Shown here one piece after another: positions 1 to 12,330 of a stretch of DNA of 64,000 bases. A model generated the notes under the pieces. That model made no database searches. It was not told the DNA's origin and worked only from the letters and a program-made list of their open reading frames with translations. This DNA is from Antedon mediterranea (Eukaryota; Animalia; Echinodermata). The DNA is taken from the NCBI RefSeq assembly GCF_964355755.1, contig NC_092677.1:12670101-12734100 (forward strand), written 5' to 3'. Position numbers and translations under genes: made by a program. Within the stretch, counting starts at the first letter, position 1. Each line of letters starts with the position of its first letter.

Positions 1-424
1 TTTAACGAAATGGAAAATGCAGATGTGCTCGGGAGAAATTAACAAATTAGAAATATAATGCCACATTTGAGTATACTTATTGTCTCAACATAATGTTGGA
101 TTTTTACCATTAGCTAATGATTATTATAATAATAATACCTAGAGTATATAGGCCTAATAATGTTAATGATGAACATGGATACATATATAATGTGTATTCC
201 CTGTTTTTAATAAGTTTGATCACTCAAGTTATTGACGCACATTTATGAACACTTGCTAGTATATTTCAAAACTCATTTACCTGTGTGTATTTAGTGCTAC
301 CAGTGCTCGCAAGTACAATTTTTGTTATGGGAGTGGATGACATACAGTGACTCATACCAAATGGTCTGCTGGTGATTTTTATGTTTTTAATACAACTTTT
401 TAAATATTTTATCAATTATACATC

Positions 425-670
425 AATAATAATAATAATAATAATAAACAGTATTTATATAGCGCCTAATGGATCACTGACCCCTCTAGGTGCTTTACAT
501 AGGACCTTAACTAATGGTAATAAACTATCCCCCGCCGGACACCATTCCGGTATTTCTTAGTCGAGGTTTCGGGGATGGAGACAATCAATAATGTGAAAAA
601 AAAAAATGTAACAAAGCTTAACTATGCTTAACTAAGGTAAAACTATCCCCCGCCGGACACCATCCCAGTT
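425..670 (-). mobile_element. 3' tail of an L2/CR1-clade LINE or partner SINE, with an internal 24-bp direct repeat
   Basis: (AAT)n run at 425-446 followed by tatttatatagcgcc, which on the minus strand reads ggcgctatataaata...(TAT)n, a typical L2-type 3' end. The sequence aaactatcccccgccggacaccat is identical at 522-545 and 640-663. Confidence 0.5.
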
Positions 671-1823
671 TTACTACTGCCAGTTGTGATTATTTTTTTA
701 AAAATAAACTTGGAATAAATTTGGAATAGAGTGACTTTTACTAATTTAATTCTACCAATACAGTTTCCCATGACTATGAACACCTAGGAGAAGAGAGGAG
801 AGAGCAATTCAACCTAACAACTACTTCAATCAACCAATTAAAAGACTGCATAAATGTGGATCCAAGAAGAGGGTTAGAGAAATTCAATGGAAAAAATAGA
901 ACTTAAGTTTGGCACTAAATTTTTAAATTTTTAGCCTCTCACACCTCCTAATTCAAAATACTTGAACTGTAAATTACATACCAAAACATATCAACAGTAT
1001 GTTTGTCCACCTTTTTGTCCATCTTAACCATTCCATAATGTATTTATTCATCTCTCAACTATCGCAATAATTTCATAAATAAAATGAATTGAATGAATTC
1101 TTCATCATCACTCATCTATGCCAACAAGATTCATTTATTTACTACTATCGATAAACCTTTCATCCATTGTCTACAATATACAACTTAAGACAATACAACA
1201 TAACCATCGTTAAAAACTTTAACACCATGCGAATCTCCTCATTTACACATGCACTCATTTACACGTCTATTAATTAGATCAGTCACACATTTTTTTCTTT
1301 AATGTTCTCCATTAACTTTCATTTGATTGGAAATTTCTCACTTGGATGTACCAAGTTAACCATGCATACATCAACACGTTCGTTTATGTTTTTAATGAAT
1401 GCCTTTATTACAGAATCCACTATATTGCAAATTGGTTGTAAATGAGTTCAGACGAGCCTACATTTTAAAAATTTACTCAGCCATGTTTCCATGCAATAAT
1501 TATTATGTATTCATAATATCATACATTAATTTTCCATATTTTTAAGATACATTATTTTTATTAATTTGTTTATCTTTTAAAAGATCACTTTCCAATCAGA
1601 GTTTACTGGCTTTCTTATCAAATTTGATCTGTTTTAGAAAACTGTAGTATTACTAGTTTTAGCAGGATGGCCAAGCCACCTACACAGCAGTTGTCAAGCA
1701 AAAAATCATTCTACAAAGTTGATTGGCACATCATGAAAATAAAAGCTCCCTAATGTCCAAACTTAATGCAAAATTTTGAAGATTTCTGACCAAGCTTATT
1801 GGACCTAAGACTCAACATCTTTC

Positions 1824-1850
1824 CCTCCCCCTCCGCCCCCCCCCCCCCCC
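1824..1850. repeat. C-rich/poly-C tract
   Basis: ccctcccccctccgcc followed by a long C homopolymer. Confidence 0.85.
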
Positions 1851-2159
1851 TGAAGAAAAGTATGAACCTTAAAATAAATATAGGTCAACAACCTATTTGC
1901 GCATGGTTATATAAAGCGTAGGTTGTCTTTCATTATCAATACGGTACTATCTAATATATTGTTGGTATTAAAAAGTTATTAACAAAGGATTTAATCCAAT
2001 TAGTGTTAATACGATTGCTTTATCATTAACTTTTAATGGGTGATGGAGAACTGCCAAAGGGGTTAAAGCTTGTTAGTATGGTGATGTTGATAATGTACAA
2101 ACGTTGGTCAATTAGACAGTTGGATTACAGGGGACAAAATAAATTTTGTAATGATGGTA

Positions 2160-2590
2160 ATTTAAAGATGATAACAATGATAAAAACTATAATACTGATG
2201 ACACTGATGACATTGATAGATATTATGATGATGATGATGACGATGTTGATGATGTTGATGATGATAATGATGGTGATGATGATGATGATGATAATGATAA
2301 TAATGACGATGTTGATGATGATTTAGTTTTGTAATTTAGATTTCATACCAGTCAGACATAAATAAAAACATGACAATGATGGCTAATCATGGTCAACATT
2401 AATGATTATTGGTTTGGGTTTTATATTGATAAGATAATTAAAAATTAAAAAAATGATAATTGTCAATGATAGTAATAATAACCCACAGTAATAATAATGA
2501 TTGCTAAAAGTGATGATGATGATGATGATGATGATTAATAATGAAGATTCAATGATAACTGACAATGATATTTAGTGATGATGATGATGA
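2160..2590. repeat. Degenerate (GAT/AAT)n microsatellite region
   Basis: Runs of gatgatgat/ataatg. These explain the Met-rich ORF 2036..2326 and the Ile-rich ORF 2383..2565. Confidence 0.9.
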
Positions 2591-3856
2591 GAGAGGCATG
2601 CATTTTGGCAATCGAGGTTAAGAGATTTTGCCTCTCTAATCGTCAGTGTTCATGTTTTATATCTCATGGAAATAAATAAAATTAATATTCAGAAAGCATG
2701 ACAACTTTAATGATGATAATAATAATGATCATTGGAATGATATCAAACCACGAAAATAGTTTTCACTAAGGAATTAAATAACTATTATGATGAAAATATT
2801 TACACGGTTACAATGAAAATATTATGAAAATATTAAACTTAAAGTTTTGAAGGATTTCTTGAGATGATTGATGCTAATGATGATAAAGATGTAGGTTGCT
2901 GTAGTACTGATGTTAACGATGACAAATGTACTAAAGATGATGCCAGATTTCTTTCAAGTATCTAATATTTCTTTCAACACTTTCAATATCCCAAAGTCAA
3001 TAAGCTTCTCAAAAACTGACATTCAATACGGATCTAATAATGTGGATATTACATATAGATTCAAAATTCATTTTGCTATCCCGCTGCCAGCGTATCATAA
3101 TCATCGTATCTACTAGACCACGTAACAGGGTTCCCAGAGGAAATGCAATCCGCAACGAGAGATGTCATGCTTTCAAGGGCACGGGATAATACTTTTTGTA
3201 AACTTCCTTACCGATTCACCTGGAAATAAGAAATACAACTTAGCAGGAAGTTGTGTATTGCCTTAATGTTGTTTGTGGTTGATATCAGTTCCAAGTCTAT
3301 CTATTTCTTAATTTATATATGCAATTATTTCAGGGTTATCCATAATTTTACATACGTTCCAGCTACTAATAGACCCAAAATTTGAGCATATTAAAAAAAA
3401 AAATAAATAATGTTTCTGCATTATATATGAATACTGATCTTCCTATTAAGGACCGACTTTTGGGACCAAGTTTTGTAGGTCTCTAGAATCTCTCCTCAAA
3501 GATGTACTGTATTGTTCCCCATTTAACATTAAAAATGAAAATTAATCAAATCAGACTTTGAATAGATCATTTTGTAGTTTTAATCAAGTTTTCGTCAGAG
3601 TGAATAACTATTGTGACATTCAAATGGCATATTCAACAAAGAAACAAAAAATGTTAAAAAATATTTAAAAAAATCAGTAAGACTATAACTATTTTTTTAT
3701 GGGAAAGTGGTCTCTAATTGAAAGAAATAGTTTAGTAATGAATATAAATAATCAATTTAGTAATGATTAAATCCTTCTCATAGTCCTATAAGCAAGAATT
3801 AACAAGTTTAACAACACCGATGCTAAAAGATGATAAGATTTGAACCCAAGACTCAA

Positions 3857-4002
3857 AAGCTCTGTCTACACTAAACTAGTTTGACGACAAAAAAGTGTAA
3901 TGTGCCAAAATATGGTAATGATGATATGGTAGTGATATGACATCATCATGTCCATATGGGCACACTATATCACTATAAAGTTTGATAGTGTAGTCAGAGC
4001 CT
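3857..4002. mobile_element. MITE family A copy 1 (PIF/Harbinger-like)
   Basis: Terminal inverted repeats agctctgtctacact...agtgtagtcagagc. The internal gatatgacatcatcatgtccatatgggcac sequence is shared with six other copies. Confidence 0.85.
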
Positions 4003-4014
4003 ATCAAGAGCATT

Positions 4015-4032
4015 GTGTGTGTGTGTGTGTGT
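4015..4032. repeat. (TG)n microsatellite
   Basis: tgtgtgtgtg run. Confidence 0.9.
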
Positions 4033-5704
4033 ATGTTTATGAATGGACCACATACTAGAGCGACAATGAATAAATAAACAAAAAATAGTGTTGGTAGTCT
4101 ATGAGTGCTGCTTAGCTGGAAAATCCCACTATTGCCATATAAATTAATAAATTTATGATTAATTAAATGATATAACACAAAAAAATATTAAAACATACTT
4201 TAGAACAATACAAGGTTTAAAGACAGTAGCTTCTCTTCTCAATTATTAACATTTACCATTTATCTCATCGTTCATTAATAATTCGGTATAATATGCTTTT
4301 TTTGCAAAATTTAAGGAATTACAAATATTAAAACATTAGACATTAGAACAATACAAAGTAGTTTAGAGACAGTAGCAATACTTCCTAGCTATAAAGATTG
4401 TAGTACATTAAGATAACTATATTTTATCCAGAGTAACTTTAATGACAATAATCCTATGAGGTTCTGGATTAAATCAAATCCCTTTCATTGGTGGCAATGA
4501 CTCGTTAAATGAAAGCTAAATTATTTCAAAGAGGTCAGAACGGAGTGTATTATCAATAAAAACCTTTTGAATGAACTTGCAGTTAAAAGTTCAAAGAAAT
4601 AGTTGGAATGTTATATTATTAGGATTTTATTTTTTCTATTGAATAGACAAGACTACACATTTTTGTGAAGGCAAGGTACCAATATGTTTAGCAAATGTTC
4701 AATAGATTGTGGGTGTCAATATTATTGGAAAAAAAGAAAGACACTTGCTTATTCCTCTTCTCTTCTCAATTTAAACATTCATCATTTATCTCATCATTCA
4801 TTCATTTTGCAAAATTCAAAGATGTATTGTCCCCCCAAAAACAAGATTAATAAAATCTTTAAATTTTGCAGTTTTAATAAAGTTATTCACTTCTGTAAAA
4901 AAAAACAATAAGAAAAAATTATTTCACTTACCGTATAAAAAGAAACGTTTAATATTAACCAAGTACCATTGTCTGACAGACAATTTAAATATTTTTAGCT
5001 TTAAATTTTCAGGTAAATAATTTTTTTTTTAATTCAGTTTTTGGTCAAACTGAATAACGATTATGTGACATTAAAATGGCATATTAAAAAAAAAATGAAA
5101 AAAAAATGACAATATATCTTTAAGGAATTATAAAAATTAAATTATTTAACATCTTTTAATAGACTGATCAAGTCAAGTATCTTTTGGCATATAAAATATG
5201 TTTTTCAGAATGCAGAAGTTAAAAATCATTGGTCAGAAAGAGCAAAAAGAGAAGTCCATCTCCGGTTTGATGCAGGGAATGCCATGTCTGCTATGTTTAT
5301 TCAGAAATATTAATAATTTCTTAAATTACTGCATTCAGTTACAACACTATCAGCTTCCAAGGTTGAGGTAGTGTTTCCTATTTTAATAATACATTTTTAT
5401 AAGAATGTTTACAATATCAGATGCCATTTATATTAATAATTGTATTGGAAATTTAGATCTGTTAGTTTGGGAGGAAAAAAGTATCAAGTCCATTTTCTCA
5501 TGTGGCAAGGTAAACTTTGTAGTCAAAGTCTCTAACTTATGGCTCTGATTCAAGAACTTTCTCTGGCTAAAGACAATGCCATGATGGAAGCTTAAAGACA
5601 CTAGGGAGCTTTTGATTTGCGAACAACCAACGACCAAACTATGTCATGTTAATTCATTATGAGCATGAAGGAATATTAGGTCATCACCTCGATGCAGGTT
5701 TGAT

Positions 5705-5800
5705 GGTCGCTATTGGCATAAAGCACAAAAGGTTCCGAGTTCGAATCTCGGAGCGACTTTTTCGCATTCCGGGTGGTTTCAAGTTTCTATATACCTTCAA
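5705..5800 (+). mobile_element. tRNA-derived SINE head or tRNA pseudogene fragment
   Basis: Perfect T-arm ccgag-ttcgaat-ctcgg (5735-5751, B-box) and a potential acceptor stem ggtcgct/agcgact. The downstream ctttttcgcattcc resembles the sequence after the B-box at about 25165. Confidence 0.55.
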
Positions 5801-6599
5801 ATTTGAACATACATGAAATTCCACTCAGATAAAATGTTTGATTCAAAAGGTAATTATCAAGTTTAGTGTTGAGTACTGCTACACTTGTCAAAATGTATGT
5901 TTCTTATAAATCAAATGAAGGTACCATATGATTTGGGATTAACAACAAAGTATGCAAGGTTCATAAAACTAACAAGATACAATAAAATATACATCAATAT
6001 AATCTGCCAACTGTTTCTTTAAACATGGATAAAGCAAACAAAAAAGAATGATGTTTTATGTTAAATTGTATTACAGTTACAGTATATAATTGGATTTCTT
6101 GTGTTCAGCCATTAGAAATATACCATACTAATAACTCATGGGTTGTTAGTATAGAAGCAAGAAAATTATAGACGTATTGACAGTTAAATTAACTTTCCAT
6201 TTAACAAGTTTTAATTTCTTCTTTTAATTTCAAACTATTATAGTAGTAATAAATTTATACTGAACTATAAATTGTTTAAAGAACCTAAAATAGGCTTTCT
6301 ATGTTTAATACTTATTCTGCATAGAATCTCTGTTTAAGATACTTATAGTGGACGATATAGATATATAAAATAACAGAATAAAATGATTGAAGTCTTAGGC
6401 TAAGGAATTAACATTGTTTTTATACAATATGATATATCCTCCAATTTTTAAATTATGCAACTCAAAACTTAAGTATAGCAAAGTTAAAAAAGAAAAAAGA
6501 AAATCATCCACGTAAGAAATCATATTCCACTGTGATTAAAATCTTTATGTTCATTTTATGCATTATTTTTTTAATAATGATTAGTATGTTTAATAGTAT

Positions 6600-6911
6600 A
6601 CAAATAATGAATGTTTATGAGTGCAATGGTACAAATAATGGCACGAGGTGAATGATGAAAGGTTATATCAACGAGGCAAAGCCGAGTTGATATAACCTTT
6701 CATCATTCACCAAGTGCCATTATTTGTACCATTACACGAATACAAAACATTCATTATTTGTTTTATATAACATCTAGACGTTTTTTTTTCGTACACAAAA
6801 ATGTTTCAAAAAGTACTATTTAACGATCGTTGAATAGTGCATACTATTGCACGCCATGTGACCCACATTCGTCCAATCAAATGACAGGAATTTATATAGG
6901 TGTTATATAAT
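6600..6911. mobile_element. Non-autonomous fold-back element: long palindrome plus a second inverted-repeat pair
   Basis: Arms 6600-6672 and 6686-6761 are near-perfect inverted repeats around the loop gaggcaaagccga. A second inverted pair is ttatataacatcta (6763-6776) / taggtgttatataa (6897-6910). Confidence 0.75.
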
Positions 6912-7534
6912 AGAAGATATTCTGTATAGTAGAATGATTAAAGTAACGAATGAAACATACAATCTCAAATACGAATACCATAATATTGTCAGATTTTTTA
7001 ATATATACATTTGTTAAAGACTTCTCTATTTTTCAAACTTAAACAGATAATGATCAATAAATAAAAACTGTGAAAACGCTACCATCAATTTAAAAAAAAT
7101 ATTAACTGGTACATATAGTATAAAGAGGTAACCAGTGAAAAAAAAGAAAAAAATAAGAAAGCAAATTGATACCAACAACAAATAAAAAACATAAGCAGCT
7201 TGTTAAGTCTAGACCTACTAAAGGCCAATCAAGTAGACAGACTAAAGTTGTCATTCATATGTGTGTAAAACACAATTTTATTGACTTTCAATTCCAAAGG
7301 GACAGGTTATAATTGGACATGGTCAATGGCCATTAGGTTGTTGACCTTTACATGCACTTGGTCATTAGTTGTATAGTCTGGACTAAAAGCTTTGGTCCAT
7401 GTAGCATATTATAATAGTTAGTGTAGTACTAGAGAAACTTGAACATGTGTAGAAAAGGTAGCTGCCTAGTCTACTGCTGATAACAAACACTTTAATTCAA
7501 TCCAATTCAATTCAATTCAAATAAACATCCATGC

Positions 7535-7580
7535 ATGTCTTTCCAAATCCATGTGTATAAATGGGTACTACCAGTTTAAC
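7535..7580 (+). mobile_element. Degenerate SINE central-domain fragment
   Basis: ccatgtgtataaatgggtact is the reverse complement of the ggtacccattt(a/g)tacacctgg motif in the SINE copies at about 9540 and 25596. Confidence 0.45.
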
Positions 7581-7811
7581 GAGGGAAGAACAAGATTACC
7601 CAAAACTAAGAGTAATTTTACTCTTCCTTGGTTTAACCCTTTAAGTGCAAGGAACTTTTATATTTTTATTAGCAAAACTACTTTCCAAAGAATATTATAA
7701 AAAATTACAATAGAAGATATAAATCTTCTGTCAATAAAATGTAGTATAATAATAAACTATAATGACAATGATTTTCTATATCATAAAGATTTTGTTATTG
7801 TTTACCAAAAA

Positions 7812-8039
7812 TAGGGCTCCAGTTTGTGAGTTCTCCTTTTATTTGTTTTGGTTGAAAATTTTGATTTAAGTATGTGCAATGAACCATGAAGACCAAGATT
7901 ATGGTCCCTGGATATCTAGGCCCTGTTTATTTTCTTTTTTTAGGAGAAAAGTTAAAAGTTGTGTAATTTAAAAGTTGTTTAAGTTGTTTAAAGTTTTCAA
8001 CCAAAACAAATAAAGGAGAACACACAAACTGGGGCCCTA
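7812..8039. mobile_element. MITE of about 228 bp with ~50-bp TIRs beginning TAGGGC
   Basis: tagggctccagtttgtgagttctccttttatttgttttggttgaaaa pairs with ttttcaaccaaaacaaataaaggagaacacacaaactggggcccta. Confidence 0.8.
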
Positions 8040-9383
8040 AAAATGAATAAAATAATTATTTAATTAAGGACACAGTTGGTAACAACCAAAGCAAATTAAT
8101 ATTGTATTGGAATAACATAAATATGAGTGTATGCTGATACATATTTTAACAACAAAAATGCCCTGAATAAATAAATATCTAAATTTTGAGTATGTCTGTT
8201 AAATTGCTTTCATTAAGAATACCCGGGGGTTTGTTTGCAACCCTTCTAGCTATTGTATTTCATCATTTTTTTTCAAAATATAATTAGATAGAGTAATTAT
8301 TGGTAGCCAATAACTTAATTAAGAAAAAAACTTAATCCAATACACCCCAAGAAAAAATAGACTTAATTAAGAAGAAAAATAATAAGAAAAATATCGTAAT
8401 ATAATTTTGTAATATTATTATTAAAGATACAAATGGAACTGTAAGGTAATTGTGAGAAAAAAAGTCATCAGCCTAGAAAATACATTTAAATTTTGTTTTA
8501 CTTTTAGATACAAATGAATTAAAACAGCATGTAATTAAGGAAAATAGTCTCAACTCAATAAAGCCTTTACTTTTTTTATACAATTAAAACTGTATACTAA
8601 CGACGACAAAAGTAATACTAATTAAGACTACAGAAGACTAAAAGCTCTGGCCAAAAAGAGCAAATTACGTTTCTCTTAAGGTAAATAACCTATCTCCCCC
8701 TCTTCAATTCCATTACTCTATCACACAACTCATTTCCTTTTATCAAAAAGACAATGCACATGTTTTCTTTCAAAATGAGATTAATTCCGACATTTAATTT
8801 AACTTTTGTATCTTCATGAAGAAGAGAAAAATGTTTTGTTATGCAAATTCGGCTAATGTCCAAAGCATCGAACAGGCAATATATAATTGACTGTGGATTT
8901 GCCCTGAGGCCGTATCACAACTATCAGCATGCGATCAAACAATTGATTCACGTTTTCTCTGGGGTAAATGTATTTTTATTGATCCTTTTTATAGATAATG
9001 AGTATTAAGTAATTCACGATAAAAACCAATTATAACAGCCTTCTTAAAACACAATAAGATGTGCGTAATTATACAGAAACAAACACGTACACAAAAGAAA
9101 GACATTTTAGTGCCAAAAACTGAACTGTTGTTCGTTAGTTATCATGCAATTTAATTTTTCAGCAGAACTTTAGTTGGTAATGGAACCTATTTATTATAAT
9201 GAATGAATATTGAAAACTTAAATAGAATGTTCACAACAAAAATTGGCATACTGGTAGTTGCATACAGAAATTCATGTAGATTAAAAACCACAACATTCCT
9301 TGTGAACAATAGTGTACAAGATTATTTTTAAATCTGTGTCACACCTATATTATTTTGAGATAGAAATAGATTCTGAATGGTAT

Positions 9384-9580
9384 ATAATAATAATATCCTG
9401 GATTTATAGAGCGCCTAATGTTGTGAAGCCAAGCGCTGAACATTATTACCCCAGACATTTTTTCCTGATCAAACACATATGGAAACATACTCCCACAATG
9501 CAGCTACTAATCAGCGCAAAGTTGTGTCTTGATCTAACCTGGGTTCCCATTTATACACCTGGGTGGAGAGAGGCAAATGT
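9384..9580 (-). mobile_element. SINE (CORE-like central domain, L2-like tail), 5' truncated
   Basis: The minus strand reads tgcctctctccacccaggtgtataaatggg...ggcgctctataaat...(TAT)n. It is homologous to 25530-25710. Confidence 0.7.
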
Positions 9581-10419
9581 ATATAATTATTATTTAATAG
9601 AGATCATGATATTGAAGGAAGTCTCAGGTAATGGAGAGAGCTTTTGCTTTGCGACGAAAATTGGGAACCAGTTATTACATGTTATTTCATAAATTGGAAC
9701 GTGCTTCCTCACTAGATTGCTCAGATACACAATTTGGGCAAATTCCAAGTCCAAGCGATGACCAACCACAATATATGCATAGGTCATCACTAATTACAAG
9801 CTCACTTAGGCAATATGTGAGTAGCCATTTGGAACTAAAAATCAATCTATATAACTTTTATCTTATAATTTGATGATTATGATTACAAAATTATCTTTAT
9901 ATTTTATTCATGACAACTGTATCAGTATATATAAATCCAAAGGCAAATTACTGAAAAAATGTATATTGTATTAACAGCTTTTATCAAGGAAAATAAGGTG
10001 TAATATCTGCTAATTATAATAATGTTTTAATTATTATTATTATAACCATTATAGTACATTCAGACTAATCAAAATGCCTTGATATATACAACATCTGTAG
10101 AAAGACTGCTCACTGACTATGAATCAGCTAGTCCAAAATGACAGAGGGCGCTTGTTAAATTTACTCTTTACACATTTTATAAACATAATACATTTATTAT
10201 ATTAAATGGTATAGGCCTATCTTTGTATATCCAATTTTCTTTTCGTTTTATCATTAAATATCATTTATAAAATTATTGTATTTAATTGATTAGTTATATC
10301 AATTGAAAATAGCATAAATCTACTAATTGGTGCATTTACAACCATTCAATAAAATATTATATAAACAAAAAGTAATAAAAAAAAAACAATAACAACCGAA
10401 GAATCAATTTACCAAACTA

Positions 10420-10670
10420 CCAAGTAATTAAGGACAATATATAATCAACCAACAACCGCAACCAACAAAACCAATCAAAGAACCAACTTACCATGCATAA
10501 ACAACCAATGAATCTCCAACTGATCAATCTACTCAACACCACAACTTTAGCAAGAACCAATGAATCTACAATTAAACCAATCTAACAAACACTAACTTTA
10601 CAAAACCAAAGAACCAACCAAGAAAGCAAACCAAACAACATACCAAAGTACCAACAACCAACAGACACAT
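10420..10670. repeat. Degenerate AACC/AACCAA low-complexity repeat
   Basis: Repeated aaccaa and caaccaatgaatct motifs. Confidence 0.7.
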
Positions 10671-11924
10671 TCATAAATAAAAAATCATTTTTATTCCCTT
10701 TCTATACATGGTTATGACAAGAACGAAAGGGACACATGTTCAATGTTGGTATCAACTCTCATGGGTAAATACATTACTGTCTTTAATCCACGTTTTATAG
10801 GATACAACATTATGGGAAATTATATTTTTCGAGCCAAAATTACAAGCTGTGTTATTATACGTATCGAGTAATTACAGTCTTCTTTCTCACGTAGCGTTTC
10901 TACTTTACTCGTATTATCATCTCTTCTTAACGTATTTCCCGGTTGCAATCAAAATGGGATGTGCGGTATTTTATTTTTTTTTAATGATTGTTCTATGATT
11001 TGAATTAATCAACATCAAATTGAAGAATACAAAATAAGGGATCATTTCAAAATTATTTTACTGCAGTTACTGCTGTAGGTACATATCTTTTCGCCACACT
11101 ATGATTTTAGTTTCTTTCAATGTCGAAGTTTACAAAGCAATCACTGCAATAAACAGTGGGTATAGTTATCCCTTGTAAAGAGTGAGCAAAATGTAGTTAC
11201 TGTAGTAATTGCAGTAGATAATGGTAACATGGTCCCTAAACAATATTGATGAAGATTCAAAAAGAATTTTAAAAATGCTATTTCGAAATAAATGACAACG
11301 AACAGATTCAATAGAACATACCAATATACTGGCATATATGGCATAATGGCATATTTAAAAAAATTATACAAAAATATTTTTTCAGGGGGACAATATATCT
11401 TTTACGGTTGAATGTAACATCTAATACATCTAATATTCTTCATAATGAATACAACAAATAACTTTATATAGTGACTAATTAAAAATATTTTAAATATTTT
11501 AAGATGGTTGAATAGAACAGGAATATATTTTGTTCATTATGCATAAACATATTACTTTATTAGCTGATTTAATAAGCTAAAAGTATGTCTGCTGGAAAGC
11601 ACACAGTACGTAGGTATTAAATTTTATTATCAAGAACAATGGGAGATACAACGCTAGAAAGCAGTCGTGAATCTTAGTTTGTTGTTTGAGATGAATTAAT
11701 AAAATCTTTATTATTCATCAGATGAATTATATTGCTTTTCATGGTCTGGGTTAATTTATATATTGTATACTACATTTTTATTTTATGTGCGGCAATATTT
11801 TACTTGCAATAGACTTACATAATATGTAATATTGGTGTGGATTAATTCAATTTATTTTATTTTCATATATTGTAATGTTATCATTTTATAGATGCAAATA
11901 GTAAAAAAATGTAAAAAGAAAAAA

Positions 11925-12330
11925 TATCTGCAGTTAGAAGAATCAAAGAGATGAATAGAATTACTGTAGTAGACAAATAGTGACTCAATTAATTTTGTAA
12001 AGAAATACTGCAGTAGAGGGGTTTTTGATGGAAATACTGCAGTAGAGGGGTTTTTGATGGAAATACTGCAGAAGAGTCAACTAAGATATTGTAATACACA
12101 ACATTTAGATAGAATTTCTGATGATTAAATAAGTTTTGCAAGAATTAATGTAATTAGAAAACTGTTGGAATTAGAATAGATGAATACAATTATTACTGAA
12201 GTAGACTGAATTAATTTTGACAGAATACTGCAAAAGAGTGAGGGCTTATATTACTACAATGAAACTTATAAACTTTTGAAACAAAATTATTGATGAATAG
12301 ATAAGTTTTTTAAGAATTACTGCAGTAAAC
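11925..12330. repeat. Degenerate tandem repeat with (T)ACTGCAGTAGA motif, including a perfect 29-bp duplication
   Basis: gaaatactgcagtagaggggtttttgatg occurs twice in tandem from 12002. Further degenerate tactg(c/t/a)agtaga units flank it. Confidence 0.75.

Noticed and set aside
2036-2565. Met-rich and Ile-rich ORFs
   Set aside because: They are translations of (GAT/ATC)n microsatellite.
9312-9873. 126-aa ORF and overlapping ORFs
   Set aside because: They run through a reverse-oriented SINE and have no recognisable protein character.
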